From assembly GCA_023920165.1 (NCBI GenBank), contig CP089274.1, forward strand, positions 4,402,001 through 4,466,000: 64,000 nucleotides of DNA. Direction: 5' to 3'. Below the pieces are notes generated by a model. That model did not search any database. It was given only the letters and a program-made list of their open reading frames with translations, and was not told the origin of the DNA. Below, one piece after another: positions 37,744-48,499 of this stretch. Numbering within the stretch: the stretch's first letter is position 1; each line of letters starts with the position of its first letter. Origin of the DNA: Curvularia clavata. Taxonomy: Eukaryota. The translations under genes were made by a program, and so were the position numbers.

Positions 37744-39801
37744 TCAGATCACGCTCAGCTGTACAGGCAGCGTGCCATCGAAGACCTCTTTTTTCAACCA
37801 ACGCACTAAACCAACACGTCGGTATATTTCACCTGAGCTTGCTCGCAGCAAAGCGAGCCCCATTACTAGGTTGAGATCATTCCAGCTCTCTGGTTTATCT
37901 GAATAGTCATTCTTTCCATAAAGAGAAAAAGGCATTGGAACAGAAGAATGAAACGGCTCGGAGCGAATGCTCAAGACATATACAGACCGCACAAATCGAA
38001 AGTCATCAACTATGTCTGGATAAATCGCTCCCATTGTAGTGCCATCTGCCAAAACAAGACGTCGAATACTTTCAAAGAAATCACCTTCGATTAACGGCGT
38101 GCTGATTTGAAGTTCAGCAATGTTACCTCGCATTCGTAATACGGCATCCGAAGGGGTACCAGAAGTGTCAAACGCTTCTTCTAATTGGTAGTAAGAGCCG
38201 GTAACCTTAAAGTTGTCGTAATCACTGTCGAACACACGGCGTGAGTCATCGCAGTCATAAATTCTTTGACAGTCATAACTGATCTCCCCATCGATGGAAG
38301 CCCATGACCAACTAGGTGCTCTGTACTTCTGTGGACGGCGAGGCAAGAAGGCAGTAAATTGGCTAACAGGCTGGTATCTGTCATGGCTGTAGGGTGGTAC
38401 GGTCCTCCAAAGAAGTGCCGATGGTAGGTGGTCTGACCAGATGCCGGCAAGATAGTTTCCAGGATCTTGTTCGGAGAATTTGGAGGCCAGCCCTGCTAAA
38501 GCGGGCAGTTTATCTGTTTCATTCGTTAGGTTTCTGGAAGAGTATTCTTCAACTAATCCGAACCAGTGATTACGTTGGAAGGCTGGACCATCAGAGGTGA
38601 AGTCTTCTCCTTGATTGAGCTTTAGCAGTAAGAGATAGACTTCACCGTGTTTTCGTATCATTTCATGCCATGGAAGCTCTGATGAACCCTTCATAGTACG
38701 GCATTGCCAAAGCAGTTGCCCCTGAGCAAAGTTGATACACCTCAATGAAAGATCTCTTTCTTGTAGTGTCCACGCTCTTGTGCGTAGCGGATTGGATCCG
38801 CAACCCTCATGTTCCGAGCGCCAGTCAACTGGCTTGTGTTCTAGAATTCTAACGCGTTGAGAACTGAAATCGAAATCTTGGTATCGCGATAGCTTTGGCA
38901 TTTCTGCTCCCCTTGGCCTGGTCCGGCAGCCCTGAGTGCTGTCTGCAGAGCTGAGTGCAGCCAGCGTGACATAAGATCCACCGTAAATAGAAGCCATAGC
39001 GGCTGCTTGCTGTAACCAATCTTCGCTATCGTCTTGGATAATGCATAAAGAATCTATCCAAAGGTATTTCTGACCTAGATCCCGACAGATTTTGACGGCG
39101 TCCTTAAACGTCATTGAGAGATCTTCGAATCGGATCCGCAGCATTCTGTCACTTAAGGTAGCTTTACTTGTGCAGATTGGACGGAGATTGGGTGGGCCCC
39201 AACAATGACTAAGGGTGATATATTTCGCTGTGGTCGGAACGCTTTGCGAGTTTACCAGTCTAATGTCGTTCGAACTCGTAAAGGCTCTAACGTCGAGGAG
39301 ACGTTTTGGAGATCCTTGGATAGCAATTTGCTTGCAGTTGGAGTGCTTGGTCTCGCAAATAGACAGCCAAGTTCGCATGAGCGTCAATTCATCCCAAGGC
39401 TGGTCCAACTCAGCGAGTGGAAGTCCTATCTCTGTTAGTGGATCTTGACTATTCGTGCTCTTGTAGATGTAAGACATACTCCATTCAGGCGGCACGCGAT
39501 AGAAGAATGTATGCGAAATATCGTCGAGGCCCATAAAAAGCTGAAAAGCCTGTTCGGGGTCGATCATTGCTCTTCTCAAGGTTATCATATTGGAGTACAA
39601 GACTTCTTCTGGAAGGAATGACAGATCGGCGCTGACCATAAGAATACTGCAAAATGGACATCCCGACGATGCACAACATCTTACTAGAGCGGCGGTAGTC
39701 AGAAGTATATAACCATGATTATTGTCGTGTTCAGCTGAAAAAAAGCTTTCTAAACCCTGTCGAACGCCTTGCATGATGACTGCGGCATATCGAAGGGACA
39801 T
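37744..39801 (-). CDS. HET-domain (heterokaryon incompatibility) protein
   Basis: P.RLLDV, Y.TLSHCWG, TFKDAV.I...LG.KYLWIDSLCIIQD..EDW, M..IY, L.TRAWTLQER, YS.R.LT...DKLPALAGLA, YLAGIW, RAPSWSWAS. Probable in-frame 54-nt intron at 39479-39426. Confidence 0.93.
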   Translation of the reverse strand: MSLRYAAVIMQGVRQGLESFFSAEHDNNHGYILLTTAALVRCCASSGCPFCSILMVSADLSFLPEEVLYSNMITLRRAMIDPEQAFQLFMGLDDISHTFFYRVPPEWSMSYIYKSTNSQDPLTEIGLPLAELDQPWDELTLMRTWLSICETKHSNCKQIAIQGSPKRLLDVRAFTSSNDIRLVNSQSVPTTAKYITLSHCWGPPNLRPICTSKATLSDRMLRIRFEDLSMTFKDAVKICRDLGQKYLWIDSLCIIQDDSEDWLQQAAAMASIYGGSYVTLAALSSADSTQGCRTRPRGAEMPKLSRYQDFDFSSQRVRILEHKPVDWRSEHEGCGSNPLRTRAWTLQERDLSLRCINFAQGQLLWQCRTMKGSSELPWHEMIRKHGEVYLLLLKLNQGEDFTSDGPAFQRNHWFGLVEEYSSRNLTNETDKLPALAGLASKFSEQDPGNYLAGIWSDHLPSALLWRTVPPYSHDRYQPVSQFTAFLPRRPQKYRAPSWSWASIDGEISYDCQRIYDCDDSRRVFDSDYDNFKVTGSYYQLEEAFDTSGTPSDAVLRMRGNIAELQISTPLIEGDFFESIRRLVLADGTTMGAIYPDIVDDFRFVRSVYVLSIRSEPFHSSVPMPFSLYGKNDYSDKPESWNDLNLVMGLALLRASSGEIYRRVGLVRWLKKEVFDGTLPVQLSVI

Positions 39802-41263
39802 GCAATGAGAGTTGTATTTAGTGTTTTCGAGATACTATCACCACAATACACACAGTCTGTCCGCTAGTGAGCGCCCTTCTCTTAGAACGGCGACGTGTGT
39901 GCAGAATATATGGAAACTAGAGTGCTTCAAGAACTTCGCGCAGGCTATGATCGAAGAAGTCAAGGTCACGACGAAGGGGCACAACGGCCGCGAGGCATGG
40001 TGGAGTTTGTTGTAATCCTGGAGGAGTAGAGCTATAGTTAGCGTCTGCCTAGCCTTGCTTGCGCGACTTAGAAACTTACTATGCAAAGAGTAGAACGTGG
40101 GCCATTAACTTTGCCCGCTTAGAAGCCCGCGTTCGCGTCGCAGAAGGATACTGTGGAGACCATAATAGTGGCAGCATCAACGGCTGTATCAGCAGTGGTT
40201 CTTGCTAAAGTTGCTGGCCTCTCCACACCAACAACATACTAGCAGCGCTAAGTCTGTAGACGTGGCGCTCAACTTGTCATCACGCGACTTGTAATGATTG
40301 GTCTATTCCTCGCATTTGCGCTACAACTTGGCGCGGCTGAGAACATTTAATTTAGTAGTAAGGATTGCCTTAATCTGATACATTTATGATGCTACACAGC
40401 ACGTTGTTTTATCCCTATGCTTACTTCATTATCACCAAATATACTATCAGACGATACGCTCAGTCACATAGGTAGCAGCCACGGGAGCTGGCAACTACTT
40501 GGTCATCATAAACCGTGCAGGGCTGCTTTGCACGAATCGGCTGTGGATGTAATAAATTGCTTAATCACGTTGCGTTTAGGATACGGCTAGACTACTTCTA
40601 GAAAGCAAAGATGTAGCGTCCTTAGCAGCACTGTTTAACAACAAATCACTGCTGCAGGGTCATGAGCAGAATCGACGCATTTCTCTGCTCGAGGTATACA
40701 CTTTTTATGGTCTGCTATAATTTCGTTTGCTTTGAGACAGATGTACTGAACCTCAAGGAAGTCTGGGGCAATCTGAGGTGACAACGTTTTGCGAGGCAGC
40801 CACAAATTGCGGTATTTTGAAGCCAGGAAGAGCTTTGCGATGGAGACGTGTAAGAACATATGATAACTTTGAGCTCAAGTGTCTGTTCCAAGATTAACAT
40901 TTCATTTGTATTTCTAGTAATTTGTCGAGTCTGGCAAGACTCAGTGTAAATAATGTATAGCATGATATGGATATGCTGTTCGATATGCGTGAATCGTGCA
41001 CGAGTCAGAGAGGGGTTCGGAGCAGTTCAGGAGCGACGTCATGACCGTACAGTAGTGTCCGCGGAGTTGCATGAGCGTTCGATGGCGACGGAGATTGCAA
41101 GCGGCCAGTCTAATCGGTGGTGGTCCAGCGTGCGTCTGGCCAATTTCGGGTAGCGAGTAGAGGGCGCTCTGGTCCCCCGGAGCCTCGTGCCCCGTGATCT
41201 CCCTGCCCTTGCCGCACCGCCACATTCCGCCACATCGCCCGCCAACAGGTTTTTGGGAACCCC

Positions 41264-44200
41264 ATGGGCCAACCTGCTATACCAGGCCTGCCTCTCTCTA
41301 ACCTGGTTCACCACAACCCACCGCCGCCAAACAACCTGGTTATGGCCGACGTCCCCCAGCCCGTCGTTATCAATGCCCCCGAGCCTCAGCGACTCGAGAG
41401 CTCGGGGTCTGGATCGTCTGGCGACTCAGATCACGACAATGATACACCACTTGACACGGCAGACATGGAGCATGGCGAATACAGCTTTTCCCCCCTGGTT
41501 CAGGCAACAAACGGTGTCGACGAAATCGCTCCTCTGCGCGAGTCCGGCTACGGTTGGAACACTGCCACTCCCCCATCGTCGCGCCCCCGTGGGCCTCAGA
41601 TCATGACCGACGTACCGCCTGCGAACCAGCAGCCCAACGGCTCCGGCCTCACGTCCTCGATTAGAGGCGCTCGGCCTGCTGCCGTACGCACTCCCAGCAA
41701 CGCATATGCTCCTGCCCGTCGTCCCCAACAGTTTTCCCTCAATTCCAACACGCACCGCCAGCGTAACAACTCCGCCACTCGCTCGCGCCGCAACCCCAAT
41801 GCCGACTACCGCGCCCAAGAAAAGGCCTATGTCCAGCGCATCCGCCAAGAAGACCAGCAGGACGAGTTCTTTGACCCGGCTCTAAGCACTCCCAGCCTGG
41901 GCTACAGCACCGACTCCGAGACCGACGACGACTCGCCCTCAACCGCCGATTATGTCGACAACGACCCCTACGACCAGGAGACGCTTCTCTACTATGGCAA
42001 CGATGACATGCAGCCCTCTATTGAGGAGCTCAAGATCCCCGCCAACCGCGAGCGTCTGGAGTGGCACTCGATGTTGGCCAGTGTGCTTACGGGCGATGTG
42101 GTCAAGCAGGAGAAGAAGCGTTTGATTGGCAGCTCCGAGCAACAGGGAGACAGCACCATGAAGGCCGAGATTTGGATGGGCATTCGCGCAAAGGTCTGTG
42201 GCCGCTCGCTGCAGGCACAGCGACGGATAGTCGACGACACACGGAGCAAGATCCGCACCAATCTTGAGAGCATCATCTCTTTTGAAGTGGGTGGAGAGGC
42301 TGAGGCGGGCCAGACCGCCGCGCAGCAGGTCGCAGATATCGTCAAGAAAATTGAAAAAGTGGAGAGTGCCTATCCAACACGACAGGCGCTTGAGGCGGCA
42401 TACCCCAGGGCAGCATCGCAGCCCTACAAAGACGCTTGCGACGCTGTTATTTCGTGGCACAACACCATCGCCCTTATCAACACAGAGATGTCCATCCTGA
42501 AGAAATGGGTCGGCAATGAGGAACTCGACTTTACCAAGCCTCGCCCGCGCTCTTCGCAAGATCACCATCTGACCGACGAGTCTTCGTTTATTGACCGCAT
42601 TCTCAAGGAAGATGGTCTCAAGTCTTTGCAAGGAGACACCAACCTTCTAGCGCCCCTGGAAAAGGTCATCCAAAAGGCAAAGGCTACGCTTATTGCGAAT
42701 GCCGAGGGCTTCGCTGACAGGCATCTTCCGCCCTACATCGAAGAGCTGCTGACTCTCATCAACTTCCCCTCGCGTCTACTCCAAGAAATTATTCGCGTTC
42801 GTTTGTCTTATGCCAAGAAGATCAAAGACCCGTCACAGCAAGGCGTCATGATGGCCGAGCAGATGATTGCCCAGTTCCAAATTCTCTTGGCCATGGCTGG
42901 CCAGGTCAAGGAAAGCTACATGGTCATCTCACGTCCAGAGCCTGGTTGGGACTTGCCACCGTGTATTGAGGAGAACTTTGACCAAGTCGTTCTCGACGCC
43001 TTAAAGTTCTACTTTAAGATGCTCAACTGGAAGCTGGCAGCCAACAAGAACACTTTCAAAGAAGCCGAAATTCTGGAACAGGAGTGGGGTTTTTGCAACA
43101 AGCTGGGCCGTCAGCTTCAAGGAGGTGATGTTGTGACAGCAGAGCAGTTCAGTGTTCTTACCTCCAAGTCACTTACTCGGCTGAGCGCGCACTTTGAGCG
43201 AGAGCTCCAGCGCCGACCGGATGAGCTTACTGGATCTGAGATGGAGAAACGCTACAAGCAGATTTTGGATTCTGTTCGTGTACGACAGCGAAAGCTGTTC
43301 CGTTTCTCCAGGATTTTGACACAGCGTTTTGAGAACTGTACGGAATACAACATCAACAACATCGACTTGGACGAGGAGCAGCTGCACGAGCTATACGAGT
43401 CACTAGTCGCGACTGGTCACTTCCTTGTTGAGACTTCTGGTGGCAACAATACGGGCGTCTATATTGTTGCTTCGCCTACCGCATTCGATCGACCTAACGA
43501 TATTCAGTCACTGCTCACGACCTGTTACCACGCTGAAGAAGCCCCAGAAGATCCCTCCAACCCCTACGTTCTCATCATTAAGCCAGAGCAGCCTCTCTAC
43601 TGGTCCGGGAAGAAGATGTCGGCCAATATTATCGAGCCCCATCTGGATCTCAAAGCCGGTCGCCTGCGCCTCGTCGCTGATGGCTCTCAGCAACGGCTGG
43701 CTAATGCCAACATGTCGTTCCTGTCCTCCATCGGCATGGAATTGCACACTTTGATTGATCAACGTGCCAATCTCCCACGTGTCAATGCTGAGCTGTTAAA
43801 GATCAAGCAGACGGCGTATACTCTTTCCAACACCATCATGGACAGTGTTGAGATTGTTCGCAGACAAACCGCTGGCCTAGATTGTCAGGATCTCATTCAA
43901 ACATGTTTCGCCTTCGCAACAGAGTTTGGTCAGCGTTCAGTGCTCTATATGGACTACAACCGTCGAGCAATGAACAACATCAAGCTTACAAGATTGGCCC
44001 TTGACTGGGTCAGTTTCATTTGCGATGACTGTATTGCATCTGATCGCAAGACGTTCCGATGGGCTGTCGTAGCTTTGGAGTTTGCCATGATGATGACTCG
44101 CGGTCAGAACATCCTGTCCATCAGCGATGACGAGTATTCGCAGTTGCGCCTCAAGGTTGCTGGCTGCATGTCTGTGCTCATATCCCACTTTGACATTATG

Positions 44201-45444
44201 GGCGCCCGATCCACCATTGCTGCTCAAGCTGAGCGTCAGCGACTGAATGCCATCGCTGGCAAGAGCATGCTAGACCCCAAAAATGCCAAAGATGATGACG
44301 AATCTATTAAACTTACGCAAGAGCAGTGGATGCAGAGACTTGAAGAGATCGACTCTTTCCGCAAGGAGAAGGAAGCCGAACGACAGGCGCTGGGTAGGGT
44401 GCTGGAAGACTCTAACGAAGCCGACCGAGCTCTTACCTACCTCTCTTCGTCAGCTACCAACGTGACGCTGCGATGGCAACAGGGCCAATTCGTTGGCGGT
44501 GGTACCTTTGGATCAGTATACGCAGCCATGAATCTCGATTCTAATCACCTCATGGCTGTCAAGGAAATCCGTTTGCAAGATCCTCAGCTCATTCCTACGA
44601 TTGTTGCCCAGATCAGAGACGAGATGGGCGTGCTGCAGGTTCTGGATCATCCCAACATTGTGTCGTACTACGGTATCGAACCGCATCGCGACAAGGTGTA
44701 CATTTTCATGGAATACTGCTCTGGTGGTTCGCTTGCTGGTCTGCTGGAACACGGACGCATTGAAGACGAAACTGTCATCATGGTCTATGCTCTACAGATG
44801 TTGGAGGGTCTTGCCTACTTGCATGATGCTGGTGTCGTGCATCGCGATATCAAGCCCGAAAGTGAGTCTTATTCTATCAACCAACTGTTTTCCTTTACTA
44901 ATATTTTCTAGATATCCTCCTTGATCACAATGGTGTCATCAAATTCGTCGATTTTGGCGCTGCTAAGCTCATCGCCCGCCAGGGTCGGACACTTGCTGCA
45001 GAGCACAATGCCACACGTCAAGGCCGCCAACGTTCAATGACTGGAACGCCCATGTACATGTCTCCCGAAGTCATTCGCGGTGGAAGCACTGGCCGTCACG
45101 GCGCTGTTGATATCTGGTCCCTTGGTTGCGTGATTCTCGAAATGGCTACTGGCCGTCGCCCTTGGGCATCTATGGACAACGAGTGGGCAATCATGTACCA
45201 CATTGCCCAAGGTGATCCGCCACAGCTGCCATCCAAAGATCAGCTGAGTGAGACAGGTATCGACTTTTTGAAGAAGTGCTTTGACCGCGATCCGAATAAG
45301 CGAGCCAGCGCCGTTGAGTTGCTGCAACACGAATGGATCATGACTCTTCGTGCCCAGCTCAGCTTAGAGCCAGCGACACCAAGCGAAACAAACTCGAGCA
45401 GTGGAACACCGCATACTAGTAGGCAAAACTCCACCTACAGCTAA
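41264..45444 (+). CDS. SSK2: HOG-pathway MAP kinase kinase kinase Ssk2/Wis4/OS-4
   Basis: Exons 41264-44861 and 44912-45444. NRERLEW.SML.SVL.GDVV, WQQGQFVGGGTFGSVY, HRDIKPEN, DFGAA, TGTPMYMSPE, DNEWAIMYHIA. The start may be the ATG at 41342. Confidence 0.96.
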
Positions 45445-46627
45445 TTCCCGTCCTTCAATTCCCTCTCCTTGCACGTAAATTGAGGGCTAGTCAGTGGTTT
45501 GAAGAGTTTTGATTGATTGTCTTGCGTTTGCTAACATCAATCTTCTCTTCTTCTTTCCATTCAGCGAATGTTCGTCGTCTTTCTTTACAAAGACCCAGCT
45601 TCGATGCTTTAAAATGCGGTCCGTTGAGTCCGAGCCTGACATCACCACGTTCGCCATTCACTCCCACTAGAACAGGTGATCAGGGTTTTTTCTTCGCTCG
45701 CCAGCGCTATTCGCCTTCTTAAGTGCGGCTAGAGCGGGCAAGAGTCCTCACATATCTCGCGCTTTTTCCGTTCCCGGACAGAGGTTGCGTCCCTCCAGCC
45801 TCTATCTCTTCTCTCTCACATACTCTAGCCTCAATTTGACATTACAATTTCCTTTCCTTCTTCTCCATTGCTTCCCGCTAGCGTTTCTTGGGAAGTAATT
45901 TGTAGAGACGAAGGGGGGAAACTTCTCCTACAAGGTCTCTTTTGTATCAAACTGCCGTTTCCTTACGCACATGTATCATTCATATCCATCCATCCGTCCA
46001 GCTATTTTCCCTATCTGTCCCTCTTCCTATCCATACCTCATGCATACAGAGTTATTGGATACGACAGGAGACGATGACTCTCTTAGGTTGGGAAGTCCGT
46101 GTAATGTATCTTCTAGCATCAGCGATGGCGTTTCTTCTTATTTCCAGCATGGACATGGGTCTAGTCTAATTGGCGGGTATGCATAGGTCGTCGGTATTCA
46201 ACTTGCACGATGGCGGCATTGTCTTTTTTTTTTAGGGGATTTCCCTTTCTCTTCTGTTCTGTGTGCCATGCACGAACAAGCAAACGATTAGATTGAGAGC
46301 GAGCGAAGGCGTGGTACATAACTAAGCAACGATTGCCCCATTGTGTGGCTTATACATATATCATCTCTCCAACTTGCTGTTTCTACGCGTGAATGTTGGT
46401 TTTGATGACCAGGCTAACGGCATTCGAGTCGTTTCCCTAGCTTTCGTTAGTCATCGCACAAGAACTTGCACCGATGAGAGCATATTGAAAAGAGTTCATT
46501 CGGTCCTATCGCTAGTGTGGCAGGACTGCTGAATGCATAATCTATCGTCTGGCCCTCACTTCTACTCTTGTAATCCGTGAAGCAAAGTTCGTAAACACCA
46601 TAGCCTCCCCAATCACCGTACCATCAT

Positions 46628-48000
46628 CTATTTTCCATCACGCATGGTGCGGAAGAAGTCCATGACGCCGGTAAAGACGACGAGAAGAATACCGCCTCCT
46701 GGGCCCAGTCTGAGAACCTTGGGCAGGAAACCCTTGTAGAGCGCTGGGAAACCCTCCTCCCTCATGACGGTGCCGAGTGCAGGCCATGCCCAGTTGTACT
46801 TGGGTACTGAGCCAGCAACCTTGGGAGAGTTCTGGATACGCGACTTGACGACATCCATGGGCGTGTTGAGGATGGTACCGACAGTGCCACCGATAGCGCC
46901 AGACAAGAGGTCGTTTGTGATTTGTCCCTTCTTGTCGGCGGCCTTGGGCAGGAGAGCGCGGACCTGGAAGATGCAGCCAAAGTATCCCGCGTTCCACAGA
47001 ATGTGCCTCCACATGGTTGACTCCAGACCCTGGTAGAGCGTAAGAGGGCCTTCCTGCTTGATAATTTTCATGACGCAATCCGTCATGCCGGTGTACTTGT
47101 GCGCTTGCGCTTTATCTTGTAACCGAATCTTGACGAGCTCGAAAGGTACGACGACGAAGGATTCGGTGGCTCCGGCCGTTGCGCCAGTGAGGATAGAGAG
47201 GGACTGGTTCATCTTGTTTTGGCCGAAGAGGTTGCGGTAAAAGGCACCCCAAGAGTCATTGGCAGCGAACTTGGTGGCCCTGGGCTGTGTCAGTCGAGAG
47301 AAAAATTGCATAGGGAGATCACGCACCTCTTTGGCGCCTCCATGAGAATGGGAGCCGAGATACCACGGTACAGTCTTGAAAAACTGCCATACGTTAGCTT
47401 CTCCGATTGGCACTGCAGATGTGTGATAGCTGTACCCTTCGTTCTTGATGATCTTCCTGAAGCAGTCCACCATGCCATTGTATCCCTCATCACCAACTGC
47501 CTTGCCGGTCTGAAGTTGTCTGCACGCATTTAGAGGCAGTTACAGAGTGGATCAATGCGTAGTTCCTTACACTCGGGTCTTGACGACATCCAGAGGGTAC
47601 CTTGAGAACGAGTCAGTCGTAGTCGCACGGAGGAAGGGTGAGAATTAGGTCGTACATAATCAGAATCTATATGCGCCAGACTGATTAGCATTGCGAACAA
47701 TCACGCGAGCTCAATGGGGAGCAATTGCGCACTCACCTCCGACACACCAGCCACGGCACCTGCACAGAGATAGTCAGCACATATTCGTATATTAACATGA
47801 GCAAAACGGAAATAGTGCTAGAATTTTGCTTTGGCACAAGTAGTAAACCGCATTGAAGCCGCAGAGCGTCCCACCAGAGAGGCCATCGGCAGTTCTCCGG
47901 GGAGCGACTGCATCGGCATTCAACGGCACTACAGCAATTGAGACTTACCGGCCGCGAACTGGTAGACGAAAGGCAACGGCTTCGCATCGGCAGAAGACAT
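46628..48000 (-). CDS. ODC1: Mitochondrial 2-oxodicarboxylate carrier
   Basis: Seven exons: 48000-47949, 47759-47737, 47666-47656, 47600-47571, 47519-47436, 47383-47327, 47279-46628. KPLPFVYQFAAGAVAGVSE, YPLDVVKTR, MEAPKRATKFA, PFELVKIRLQ, RLGPGGG. Confidence 0.93.
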
Positions 48001-48448
48001 GTTGAGGGTAGGATGGTGGAGGAAGAAGGAGAAAAGGGTGGAGAAGGAGAGGTGAGAACAAGTGCCGACGTAGGTGAGCGATGCGCGGCACACAATCTGG
48101 GGAAAGAGCGCTTGAGAGTGGGATGTGAGTATGTTCAAAATGGCCCTAGCTTCCCGCCCTCGGTTCCAAGATACTGATTTGGCTGGCGGAAAAGCAACGA
48201 ATGTTATTGCTGCGTTCACTGTCTAACTAAGATTCTGTCTTGCACACAAATTTGGTAACGACCCAGTTAATACGACCCAGCCAGCTGAGGTGACTCAGGG
48301 CTCTGCAGCACGGCCGACGCATCTCCCGCATCGTCCCGCATCATCCCACGCGGCTCAACCACCGACATCGCTTGGCCCGGGCAACTGAGAGCTCACGTGA
48401 TGTCGCCCACCAGTTTCCTGTGGAACCCAATCCTATTGGCTGCTCACG

Positions 48449-48464
48449 ACGCGTGAACGCGCGC
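48449..48464. promoter_or_regulatory. MCB element (ACGCGT) and adjacent CGCG just upstream of DNA2
   Basis: acgcgtgaacgcgcgc lies about 45 bp before the inferred DNA2 ATG. MBF control of replication genes is established in ascomycetes. Confidence 0.6.
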
Positions 48465-48499
48465 ATCCCGCCAAACGTCAAGGTTACCATCCCATTTCC

